Source: Ancylonema sp.
Lineage: Eukaryota
Assembly: GCA_050230475.1 (NCBI GenBank)
Contig: JBFLGF010000129.1
Span: 1 to 64,000, forward strand
Reading direction: 5' to 3'
Length of the DNA stretch: 64,000 nucleotides
The translations under genes and the position numbers were made by a program. Under the pieces are notes generated by a model that saw only the letters and a list, made by a program, of their open reading frames with translations, did not search any database and was not told the origin of the DNA. Of the stretch, positions 12,243-24,487 are shown in pieces. Position 1 is the stretch's first letter; each line of letters opens with the position of its first letter.

Positions 12243-15200
12243 CATCGTTGGGTCCCGGACGCGAGGATCCCGGACGCGTCTGAGACGCGTCCGGAGATCC
12301 CCGGACGGTCCGGGACGCAACTAAGATGCAAAAAAAAAAAAAAAGGTTTTTATTCTGAAGTCGCACAAATATGGGGGTTCCAAAAATATGGATATCAGAT
12401 TTTGGCTGAGGCGTCCGGGTGTCATGACGCTAGAGATCGCTAAGGCGAAACCCCTCTAGATTGATCAGAAACCCCTCTAGATTAATATTCCTCCTATAAC
12501 GAGAGAATTCGATATAACAACTTTTTAGAATTAGTACTTTACAAGAAAAATAGTGAAGTACGAAATTTGTACGACTCGAAAATAACGCGTGGCGTATTTT
12601 CCGAAGTCTAGAATCCAGCAATTTCAACAAATAGTTGCGTGTCGATTTCTGTTTAAATCACAAGTCACTTTCGACTCGTCGATGATCCCGACGATTAAAT
12701 CCAGCCGTAGAACTAGAGTATTATCTCGCGCCGTTTCATTGTAGCGTTGAGATTAATTGTAATGTTCTAGAAGTCAGCCTGTCGTTATCTTCGATAGCTT
12801 AACTCTCGTTAACTATGCCGGTTAGCACCGCGCAATAACTTTTGAGATAAAAGTCAATTGTACTTTCAGATCTGCCAGCTTCCGCTGTCAGATTACGCTG
12901 TTAAGAAATCTCTTCCAACAATCTTTTTGTGTGTTATCTGAATCCTTGCAATTTTGTGAATATTGCATTCCTTCGCTTACGCGACTTCGCAACGTGCTCG
13001 TCTTTCGTCTCAGCCTATCATCCGTCAGCCAGACGGAAAGTTTGCAAATCATTCTTTGCAATGTGTGTGTGTGTGTGTGTATTCGTGATCCATCTGAATA
13101 TGTTGCTGACGCTCTTTCTGAGCCAGCCTTGCTATCGACTGTAATTTCTTATATCGATTCGCTGACGCTCTCTCTGAGCCAGCACGCGTGCGTGTGTGTG
13201 TGTGTGTAAAGCATATGTCGATTTGCCTGCGTTCGCTCCGAACCGGCACTGTCAGTTGTGTGTGTGTGTTTGTTGTCGCTCGCTCCGAGCCGGCATTTAT
13301 TGTTTACACCTGTCTGCTGACGCTCTTTCTGAGCCAATATCTTTTATCGACGCGCAGTCGATACTTTGCTTTCGCACCGCCGAAAGTAACTCTTACGGTT
13401 GTTAACCTTGATAGGCACCAGACTATCTTGTTTGCTTTACATTATTTTCTCAGACTTTTGTACTGTAAACCCTAGTGGGTCCCCGAGCCGGAAAATATGG
13501 GCGCCGGCTCGGAGAAGGAGCGCGCGCGCGCCGGCTCGGAGCCGGGCTCGCAAAAACCACGAGCGGAGCGCGACCCACTAAAAATAACAACAAAAAAAAA
13601 ACATTTTTATGGCCTCTAAATGGGTGCCTGTGTGTGTTACACACACATTTTTATATAGCATTGAAGTGTAGCCTTGCATCAGAAGTTATTAGTCGTATGT
13701 AGTCGGCGTATGATGTGTCTTTGTTGGAATGCATTCTACCATGTCATTTGATCCACTCTTTCAGGTGAATTTAGTTGCGAGATGCCTTCATATATTTTAT
13801 TGACGAGTATAACAAAGCATAAAAACATAGGATGGTATAAGTACCCCTACGAACCTTCGTTATGGTCAAATGAAATAAATTATGATGATGCAGATTGAAC
13901 AATTGGTCGCCGATTACTCTATATCGTTGGAAAGTATAATAACGATATTATTATCCCTAGCAAGGTCACTGCGATTTTTTGTGTCCTCAAGAATAGATTC
14001 ATAGCCCACCACAAAATAATATTATGAGTCAACATGAATCTTACTTATTACATGGTGAACATCTTTTTCCTCTTGAACAAAACCGGTAACCTCAAATAAC
14101 TTAATGTGCTGGTCTCAAAGTTCTAAGGTCTCAAAGTTCTAAACATCCCTTCAATTTGCAACATGAGCCTTTTTTATCCCATTAAAATATACATCGCTTC
14201 ACTACCCATTGGACTTTTGGTGAGAAGCCTGTTACACATACTGCACAAAATTGACTCTCTACAAATTTCGAAATAATTATTTATCGCCATAGACGCCTTC
14301 ACGTGGCTTAACACGACCTATTTTGATGAAACTTTTCAATTATAATACATTCAAGTCGAGTCATATGTATCGTACCACTCCTGCCCTCCCATCATCTCCT
14401 CGTCTTCCCCTTCCTCCTCGTCTTCTTCCTTCTCTTCCTCTCCTTCCTTCCCCTCCTCCTCCTCTTCCTCCTCTTCGTCCTCTTCCTCCTCTTCCTCTTC
14501 TTCCTCCCCCTCCTCCTCACCTCCCCCCACTTCCTCCTCCTCGTCCTCTTCCTCCTCCACGCCCTCTTCCTCCCCTTCCTCCCCTTCTTCCGCATCCGAA
14601 TCATCAAAGAATGACAACTCTCCAACATGCCACTTCACAAAGGGTGGAGATTTCTTGAGCTTCTCCACCAACTTGTTGTTGTAGTACACAAAGCACAAGT
14701 CTTCAACCCTCTTTGACGACATCCGATTCCGCTTCTTGTTGTGGAGAAAGTCTAGTGCGCTCCAATTCCGCTCGCACTCACCCGCACCCGACACCATCGC
14801 CAAAACCGTAACAGCCACTCTCTGTAACTCTGGCCACTCTCCTCCCAGCTGATTCCACCAATCCCATCCTGCCATCTGCGACGCAAGAGAGAGCGATGTT
14901 GCCCCCCTCCTTGTCATTGAACGCAAAAAGACCGAGAATGGCTTTCTCCTTCTCAAATGGACTGAGTATTTTCCCGCACACAGATTCAAACGCTTCCTGG
15001 ATCTTGGGACTCTTCCTCCTCCCCTGGAATTCAGGATCCAGTGCATACGCAGCGCGATGCAGGGGGCTGATGAATCCCTTCAAGCGAGTCCTCATGATAT
15101 TGCTGACTTCGGATTGCACCTCCTCGCTGTAGCTTTCGGATTCCACCGTCTCGACCTTCGCTTTCATAAGTTTGATGCGATGTAATACCTGCGTCATTAA

Positions 15201-17114
15201 CATTAGCAAACTGAAATGTCAGATACATATGTTGATGTAACAGGATTACTGAGCAGATGTGCAAATCAGAATGTGACATACATTATCAGACTTGAAGTGC
15301 AGAAGTGTACACTTACTTTTCCCATCGTCGGCATATCCGCATCCACCATTTTCATGAGCTCAACAATTGGCCCGAACAGATCCACTAGCAATTGCACTTC
15401 CCTCCACAACTCTTCGGACTCCGTTGTTTCGATCACCCACGCAGCCTCCTTCCTGTAGGCGTACTTCCGGGACTAGACAACGAAGTCCCTGTCTTTCACC
15501 ACTTCGACCAAAGCATCTCTCATCTGGAGAAGTCGGTGGGCCATAATGAGCTGTGTGGCGAACCTGGTTACATCTGCAGGGCCAAAAAAGAAAAAACACA
15601 TTAAAATTCTGTAGTAACAATGATGGCTGCAATGATGAGCAAGTCTTCCGTCTTCTTTCTCAGCTGCCTTCTTGTTGTTTGCAGCGGCATCAGTGACGAT
15701 AGCTTTGACATGTTGGGGCCCCATCTTCTCTATCTCCTCGCATCAGATGCTAGCTATGAACTCCCCACATTTCCCGACCCTTGTACACCCAACAATTAAT
15801 CGAAAATATCGAAGGTGAGTTTGGGTACTGCAACATCAACATGAATTTGTAGCATACATGTATAAAAATATCTTATGAATGACTAAATTTACCTGTGCAG
15901 TCTCTGATGGAAGACAACTTTGTCCCCCTGGGTGTTGAGAACAGAGTGTTGATGCAGGATGTAGAAGTAGTGTCGTCAAATCCATCTGACTGCAGAACAA
16001 GTCCCGTCTGCTTTCCCTTCGTCTCCCAATCTTTCAGCTCAGCCTCGCACTGCACCCGAGCTATATCAAGGAGTTTTCCAGCCAGCCTCTTTCTCGTTGG
16101 GGACTTGTATGTACCTCTTTGTGTCTGCATAAGCCGAACCATCTCCTTCCAATAGGGTGTACTGCAAGAAAATAGACAAACTGTGTAACCGTTAGTGAGC
16201 CATTCGTCATCCAATGTTCATCCTCTATGTACTTTGCGGGATATGATGCGGGTGATACCTCCAGTAATGACCCACTGATGAAACATAGTATTCATGGCGG
16301 GATTCGGACGACTCACGAGACGGCACGAAAGGATAATCCGCTGGTGATGAACACTTTCGCCACTGCATCGTCCATATTGGCCGCAGTGACGGCTTCATAG
16401 ATAACGGGAATCGTCCGAGATCCGCTGGCAGTTCCGGGTGCGGAGGTTCTCCCAACGACCGCGATTTTGTTTGCAATAGCACCACCAGCTTCATCAAAGC
16501 TTTCTCTGCTATCGTTCGTTGAGCCGGTTTCTGGACTTTCTCTCAAATCTTCGAATGGCCTCCGGCGATGACGACCAGATGCGATAGAAGCCTGGTTGCT
16601 GTACAAGACATCTGTTTCTGACAATACGTACAGTTCCATGTGTCACGACCTTTGCCATGTCCTTTCCCCTTGCCTTTTGCTATCAGATCGAAATGAGACT
16701 TCAGGTACTTCGCAAACTCCGGATCCATGACGAATCGAACGTGGTATCAATGACTATCAGTAGTAGGTATCGTGGGTATCCTGGTCATCGTGTCACACCG
16801 TGGCGGCTGAAGGTAAGGTACTGAGACGGTGCTGAAGATACTGAGGGTTTACTGAGAGCAACCGGACCACTAAGTCCACCAGAGACCCTTCTACCACCTA
16901 CGAACATCATCGATACCAACCCAGTCCACATCATCGCTACACCACCACGAGCATTACCACATGCATCATTCTGAGAAACATTCGAGAACTATTGTGACAA
17001 AGTATTGAGAACATCATTCCGGGCGGCTGACTCCAAACAACATGTCACGGGTCCGGGCCCGGACGCGTCCCAGACGCGTCTGGAGATCCCCGAACGGTCC
17101 GGGATGCAACTATG
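12243..17114 (-). mobile_element. 4.87-kb hAT-superfamily unit with TIRs and 8-bp TSD
   Basis: TSD TTCTCCAT at 12235-12242 and 17115-17122; TIRs catcgttgggtcccggac / gtccgggatgcaactatg; ggacgcgtcc subterminal repeats; hAT transposase inside. Confidence 0.9.
14351..16728 (-). pseudogene. Spliced hAT transposase (BED finger, DUF659-like region, C-terminal dimerisation domain, acidic tail), disrupted
   Basis: WNCTYCQKQMSCTATRLLSHL (BED); LQSDGFDD; IVTDAAANNKKA; TRFATQLIM; SPLHRAAYALDPEF; WWNQLGGEWPELQRVAVTVL...CERNWS...KKRNRM. GT-AG introns (e.g. 16316 to 16162). In-frame TGA ~15743, frameshifts ~16560 and ~14890, and the CxxH region appears partly deleted. Confidence 0.92.
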
Positions 17115-17256
17115 TTCTCCATTCAGTATATTCAACACTCCGAACACTAAAATACCGACCAAAGGTTACCTACAAATACATACTCTTTAGTACCCCCCTC
17201 TCCCCCCCCCCTTTCCCCCCACACATACCACTCGAATCATTTCGACTTCTAGCTAA

Positions 17257-17592
17257 CCGTATCTGTCAAAGATAACGCGCCAACAACTAATTACTATTTT
17301 GCCAGCCGCACAAGTTTTTGGCGCGTACTCAAATAATTGTTTTTAACACGGTGGCGCATACTTACTACGCATTTAAATTAATAAAATCGACGAAATTCTG
17401 GCGCAGTACAAAAGTTCAATACAAAAAAATCCAAAACACGTGGCGCAATTGAAAATTATTAATTCAAAATTTGCCTGGCGCACAGGTTTGGCGCGTACTA
17501 ATTAATTTAAAAAATATTGGCGCAACTGTTTGGAGCCTCCTTTTGATAAATAATTTTCCTTTTTGTTGGCGCATTATCTCTGGCTGGTACGA
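17257..17592. mobile_element. MITE, CCGTACCAGCCAGAGATAA family (Tc1/mariner-like)
   Basis: Degenerate TIRs ccgtatctgtcaaagataacgcgcca / tggcgcattatctctggctggtacga; interior matches 58052-58632 in reverse orientation. Confidence 0.75.
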
Positions 17593-18233
17593 TATCCCGT
17601 GGGTAAAATAAGGGTTCGGCCCAAAAAATAAAACTAAAATTTGTGACATATATCGATGGCAAGAGTTCCAAATTTGCCTCCCTCTCCCCCCTTCTCATTT
17701 TGTGTGGTGATTTTTTTGGTTGTCGTTTTCACTAACACAAACCCCATTTGCCTGTTTGCTCCTTTCGCTTGAGAAGACAAGAAATGAAAACAAATTGAAG
17801 GAACACAAAAGGTTAATGTTTTCAACTTGTTGAGTACTTTTAGTTCAGCGAATACCACCCCAAAACCCTAACACGAGCCAAACAATTTTGTTCACAAGAA
17901 TAAGGGGATCTAAAGTTGGATGAACCCGCCGTTATAAATGCACAAATAATCAAATCCAACAACAAGTCCGACAATATATAATGCCTTTATCGCGAAAATA
18001 CAAAATGGTGTACATCATGTCCTACAAAAACCATGTCATATCGAGCCATCACACAACAATGCGGTTCCACTTCCATCCTGACGCAAACAACTCTAACTTC
18101 TCTTAATCATTCAAGATTACGGACATCGTCAATTTTCAATGTAAGACATAGCATCATGCTCCTTTTCCATTTTATACTACCTTAATAAGACAACACTCAA
18201 ACTTTTATAAGTCGACATTCATCATCTAACCAC

Positions 18234-19792
18234 TCAAATCACGTGATTCAATCCTTCGTCCTCCCTACCCACGCAGTTAGTAACATTCAACGTCAGCCCC
18301 TCTCTCTCGGCCCCTTGCAATACCCGAATAGTTGACTGCACAATACTTACTTTCAACAAACTCGTACTCCACAACACAAGTCCTAGCATAGAGCTCCTTT
18401 CTATCACCAAGTGTTGAATACTCAAATGACCTATCACTAGAGTGCTCCACCCCATGAGAGCCCTTGCTACCTTCAACGACTTCAAGCTTCGCAACCGAGT
18501 CAACTTTGGAGGAACACAGCAAGTGCCTAGGTGTAAGTCTCCTTGCAGAGTAAGAGTGGTAAGGTTTGAACAGTCTAATTCGAGAAATACGAGGTTCACA
18601 CGGGTTTGATGACTTGTTATATTACTTGTCAGCTCCAACGTCTCTAGGGTCTCGTGAAACAACTCTAGGGGGGCATGTGCATCACCATTTTCCTCCGAAC
18701 ACGACCACCTACACACGCTTAGGTCCTTGAGCTTTGGGCATGACGAGTTGAGTTTTTTTAGCCATTCGGCCCCAATCATGTGACCTTCAAGATACAAATT
18801 CTCTAAGAAGGGACAACCTAGGGAAGGAGAAGTGAGTCCATTCCAATCGCGGACCCTAAGCGACTTCAGCCCTCGATGGTGAGCCAACAAATTTCGTGCA
18901 AATAAGCTCCCATGAAGTGAGAGGTGCTCTAAGAAGGCCACTCACAAAACGCAAGAGGTGGAATATCTGGACACGCATTCAATGTGAGTACCCGAAGCGA
19001 ATTGAAGTCAAACAGTGCACTACACCGGCTTTACGTGGTAAGGGTTACATTGAGTTGTCTAATGTCAGGTGCTTGAGCGGCCACAGCCTCTAAATATCCT
19101 GCAGCACAGTGGTATTGATGTAGGTTGAGACTAGTGAGACGCGGGCAGCGGAGGGTGTGTGTGATCGGCTGGTTGAACGTCTTAGTATCACTCATGTCGA
19201 GTTGAGTGAGGCTTGAGCAATCAACAGTGAGGGATCGAGATGCTCAAGGTGGAAACCTAAGGCTCTTCAAGTTTGCATGGCCTATTTGGACACGGTCGTC
19301 GCCCCTTGGCGGCGTGCTCCAAACTGCCAACTCCTCGAGTTGGGGGCATTGGGGGGAGAGATAGAGAAAGAACGTTGACTTGACGCACTCGCCTGGCACG
19401 CTCAGAATCCTGAGATGCACTCCAAACGCCCGTTCCATTGACTCTGCGATGTCCTTATCTCCACTGAAATATTGCGAGAATCGGACCTCTTGTGCCATCC
19501 TCAACACCCTCCAAAGAGACCTGTATGCCACCAGGCCCCGCATTTCTCTTCCGGTCAAGTTCCGGACCACTTTCACCTTCTTCCACAATACTCTACTTTC
19601 GCGCACGGCTTTCTCCCAACTCTTGCTCACCAACATTGCCTCCACACGATTCGTTTGGGTGAGATGAGAAAATACTTCGACAAGCACATCTCCATCCAGA
19701 TCTTTCAACCCCCGCCCCGTATTATCCGCTCCTATTTCTTCACCTGATATGGCCCCTCCACCACTTGCGACCCACCCGTTAACAGATAGCAT
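18234..19792 (-). pseudogene. Intronless F-box/LRR-like protein pseudogene
   Basis: F-box LKDLDGDVLVEVFSHLTQTNRVEAMLVSKSWEKAV, then CPQLEEL, CSSLTQL, CPRLTSL, CPFLENL, CPKLKDL, CSNLTTL repeats. The frame runs through TGA (19244-19246) and TAA (19031-19033), then shifts near 18930. Confidence 0.85.
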
Positions 19793-22299
19793 TCTATCTC
19801 ATGCCCCCCAGTTGCTCGCCCCAATAATTCTCCCATTTCTCGGCACCTGTTCCGCATGCCTATTGTTCCGACCTGATTGTGGAAGGACCGACGGACACTG
19901 CAGGGGACAGGAGGAGGGCGTGCTTCAGCAGTGTCCCGACTAAACCGAAAAATCACCTTCGACGTGGAATGGTAACAATCCCACACGTTGCTCAAGGGCT
20001 GCTGGTTGTCGAGGAACACTATATTGTCTCTTGAACCCGACACAAATGGTGTTGAACAATGAAGCTATGAGGACATTGAAGCTTAACAACATAGAAAAAC
20101 AATGTTTCGTTTTGCTTTCGCATAATGACAGTGTGATTTGGCCATGAGCCTATGTCCATAATTATTCATTGCTGATATGTCTATGTTACAGAGATAGACT
20201 CGCAATCGCAGCCACAGCCAGCGTCAAAATCGGTTATTTGCGAAAACGGGTTCTTAGTAAATAGAAATTGGAAATCACCATCACCGAACTATTATAACAG
20301 TATAAAGAGCGCTAAAAATTCAGGTTTTTCTCTGGAGAGTGACTGCTCGAGTCGTCTCACAACTAGAACGGAACAGGACAAGAGTGAAAGAGCAAACACT
20401 GAGCGTCTCGTGTCGACCCGTACTAGTTTCAACTGACCTGCTTCTGCAAGGGCACTTTGACAAGTCGACTTCTTCAGACGCTTTCGGCACCAGTCTTCAA
20501 GTATACTCCACCAAACTGCTCCCGAGTCGAAAGTTCTTGACAGACGTAGCGGAGCACAAGCCGGGTTTAACAGCAGGCCGAGCGCGGTGCACCGCAGTGT
20601 AGCGATGCGGAAGTTTAAAAATTCGACCCCTGACTACTAGTTATTAATATTTTTAAGTTAGGTTTATTAATAGGCCGGAAAAACGTGCCCCTAAATATTT
20701 AAAAATTATATTTAGGTCTAAGAACACATCGATTTCCTCGATTTCCTCGATTTTTAGGCCCTAATAATATATTATTAGGGCCTTAAAATTTCTTACTAGG
20801 CCCTGTAAAAAAAGTTTGGAAAATAAAATGCGGATGTGGAATTTTTCTTTAAGGATCTGAACCGTATTGACAAGTGACGGAGAGAAGACGACGGTAGTGT
20901 CTAATAAAAGTGTTCTACCGGTAATTTGTAGTCGGGGAGAAATCTATGGAGATCGAAGTACCTAGTACCTCAGACATCCCGGGTGACATGGTCGCCTCCA
21001 CTTCTCGGCGCAATAGAGAGGAGTGGCGCATAGAAGACGATTGTTCTAGGACAGATTTGAGCTTCCAAATGCTCCATAGAAGGCCAAAGTAGCAGGGATA
21101 AAATTAGGCCCGCTATGGGCATTTTTCGAGAGGGGGGAACATAAAAACACAACTACGCAATGTGCAATGCTCGCGCGAAAAAATGCCAGTTAATTACCAC
21201 TTCGAATTATTTTAATTAATTCTTCACTGGTTTACGCACTTGGGGTCAGCTCCCGGCCTTCTAAAAATTGTCATCGGGCATGCGACTCTATGTCGTTTCA
21301 AAATGCTGACGGTGATCCGAGGTAGCTTATTGGCGTCCGGGTGTCTAAAATTGGACTCCCTCATGCTGATGTATATAATTTGGTAGTGTCGGAACTATTG
21401 GTTCCGATCAACCCCTTGTTGATAAGGCGACCATCAACGTTATCTAGACTCATGAATTGATGGGAAGTAACTTTAGCTCTTGGACATAGGATTTCCCAAA
21501 GAAAGGTATTTATGGTGACGTAATTTGTAGTAGAGTTGATGCATGATAGGTAAGAATGTTTGTTGACATGAGAAGGACGATTCCAATGTTTTCTATTTTC
21601 TATTTTATATTTATATTGTGAACTTGCATACAAAACTTATGCATGGCAAATCTTGTGTTAACAAGGTGTTTGGAGTTTCAATAGGTTATTGTGTGTTTGT
21701 TGTAATAGAAAACGATATATACTTGAGTCTTATTTTGAGAGGTGTCTCGCCTTCGCAATACAAGTTAATATATTATGGATACATGTGAATCCCTATTGAA
21801 CAACGTTATGCGTACGAGTCATGATTAAGAAGTAACGATCGTCGTTTTTCTCGTCATAGCATGTCCCATTTCAAGGTATTTATGGTCACTTCGACTTGCC
21901 ATAAGTATACGTGAGGAGGATTACTTGAAATGACCCAAAAAGGTTTGATGGTAGCTCCACTATCATATTTTCAATGGCGATTTTGTATGGGATTTTGTTA
22001 TATCCAATGACTAGTCTACAACAATTGAAGACTCATTTCATGTAAATGCGAACTACCTTGGTGTCTCGTACCCACGCCAAAAATACAACAACATATTTTT
22101 TTTGGGATGTTTTATGTCAGCAAGTCGTTCGTCTTTATGTTGGTAAATGTCATGTTCAAAAGCATGATAAATCTTCATTGTTTCTAATTTTTAACTCGAC
22201 CATTGTGATCAGCGTTAACCCAGAGATAATGCACCTCACGAATTATTAACATTATTAAGGTTTACCCTCAATTATATTTTTAACCTTATTAAATATCGC

Positions 22300-24487
22300 A
22301 GGGATTTTCAGGGCCTAAAAATGCAACATCCCATCCGCGTAATCACAAGGTGGCCTACCCCGACCGCTGTCCTCGGCGAACCCCCGACCAACTCGTATGC
22401 GGCTGAGGCGGGTGGGATGCGGCTGGGTGTGTTATGGTGCGGTTGGGAAAATCCAACAAAGAAAAGAAAAATAGAAAAAGAAGAAGAAAAAACAAAAAAA
22501 GATGGGGGTATAAATTTTTCAAATTAGAGTATGGTGTACATACCGTACTGGGCACCGTAGTTTTTTTTTTAAATTATTGAAACCCGAAAGTAATAATTTC
22601 AATTAATTGTAAAAAGGTAGAAAAAGGATACAGTAAAACCTGTTTAAAAAAATAATGTTGGGGAGGAGAAAATATTTTCTTTTCGACAGTTTATTCATTT
22701 AAACACTTCTCGTTCCAAACGGCCTAAAACCCGTTCCGGTGTGCCTACGACGGGAAACAAGCCAATACTTAGTTCAGAATCCGTCAAAACGTGTTTTACA
22801 ACTTATTCTACCCAACATATCGGTCGCAGCGCTCTTAAATTGTCGTGTAGCGAATCCCACATGACATTCCTACAACTTGGAAGATAATATATGCACGTAG
22901 AAGGCACTCGCACCATCCACCAAATATTTTCCGGCAATAATTTTGTAATGTCGGACGTTTCATGTTGACTTCCCACAATTTTGGAGATACTTATCCTATA
23001 CGGACGTAGCAAAACCCGTACCAAAATGTACGGATTCCGTACATTATTTTTTTACACGTATCGCGGGGGGGTGAAGTAGTGTTCTTTTAGACAGTTATGG
23101 AGGTTTTGGAATAAGTACACTCCCCCAAGGTCGGTGGGGGTATTTTCTATTCTTTTAGAGAGGTTATTCTTTTAGACAATATTCTTTTAGACAGGTATTA
23201 CTGTACTTAGATTATTAATTAAACCCGATTTAAAAATCATTTACGGAAATTTGGGGGCACCTAGATGTGAGTCACATCTTGTGACTCTAGATGTGATGAA
23301 ACGGGGTACACAACAAAGTAGGCATGTGCAAAACGACACATTTTCGGACGAGCGACATGTACGACGTCGTAAACTAAGTTGCCGGACCCTAAAATCCCAC
23401 GATATGGGAAATTACCGATCATACGCGCTACACAACAAAACAAGACCTTGCATAACGACAAACCAGTGGCCGATCGAGACATCGCGACTCGTGCTTGCCA
23501 CGTGCACTTGCTACGTCAAAAACTACGTTACATATGTAAGAGTGACCCATATGCGGGTGGGTATGGGCGAATAATTTGAATATTTATTTCCAAAGAAGAA
23601 ATATTTCAGTTCTTTTTCTTTGATTTTTTTTCCTACAATCTAGAATCATCCCCAAATATCATTGAAAATAACTAAAAGATTCCTGGAGTCATTATCAAAA
23701 ATCATCGATAATAACTAACAAAATCCGGCATCATTTTTAAAAATCATCACGAAACATTGGAAAACCAGTTTTGTTTTACGGTGCCGAGTACAGTAGTTCT
23801 TTCATAGCTTTTATTTTTATTATTTTCATATTCATATGTGAAGGCGTAGTGTCTAATCCAATCGATGGCTTTTTTTATATATAATTATTAATTTTATGTG
23901 ATCATTTGGTGAATTGTCCCACATCGTTATGGGATGTTTTTTTTTTAAAATGTGTATGTTTGTAAGCATGTTGAACAAACTCATCATTCAACCACACTTA
24001 CAAGTTTCCTTTTTAATTTCAATTTACGTACTTTTCTTAATTTGGTTATTATGCGTAGATTACAAGTGATCATAACAACAATGTGATCACATTATCAAAA
24101 CAAATTGTTTTTTATATCGTCGATCAATAAGGTGACAAATGCTTCAAATTTATTATATATCAACTTTGTCTTCGCCTAAATTGCTCATAAACCATCATTC
24201 TCATTGCATTGCCAAACCTAATCTTCATTAAAAATGCCAACTAACTTATGCTTTCATCTGCATTTAATTTGAAGTTTTTTTCTTTTTATTTTTTTCTTTT
24301 TTTCTTTTTGGCCATTTTGGCAACCGCTAGACCGCATCCCACCCGGGAGGCACCTTCCAAACCGGGTGGCGGCTGAGTTGAGGTTGGTTTAAAGCCATCC
24401 GGTGGGCTCAACCGAATACGGTTTGTTGCGTTTGGATACGGATGGTGCGTTACCTACTGCCTGAAAAATGTGGCGGTAACAATCCTA
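22300..24487. mobile_element. Older copy of the 5223-6711 hAT-like non-autonomous family, with a nested MITE
   Basis: Right end ccgcatcccacccggg...ggcggtaacaatccta is colinear with 6565-6711; left part accccgaccgc...ggtgcggttggg is colinear with 5282-5435. Left boundary approximate. Confidence 0.6.
22631..23203. mobile_element. pogo-like MITE with TA TSD
   Basis: TA|cagtaaaacctgtttaaaa ... ttttagacaggtattactg|TA. Confidence 0.8.

Noticed and set aside
12900..13400. CRISPR-like repeat-spacer array
   Set aside because: Only three repeats, irregular spacers containing microsatellite, eukaryotic context and no cas genes.
44..19246. Stop-codon recoding or a RIP-like process explaining in-frame stops in copia, HOS15, transposase and F-box
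   Set aside because: All three stop types occur together with frameshifts, and intact genes end at TAA, TAG and TGA normally. Stops arising from CAA/CAG/CGA/TGG are what any transition bias yields.
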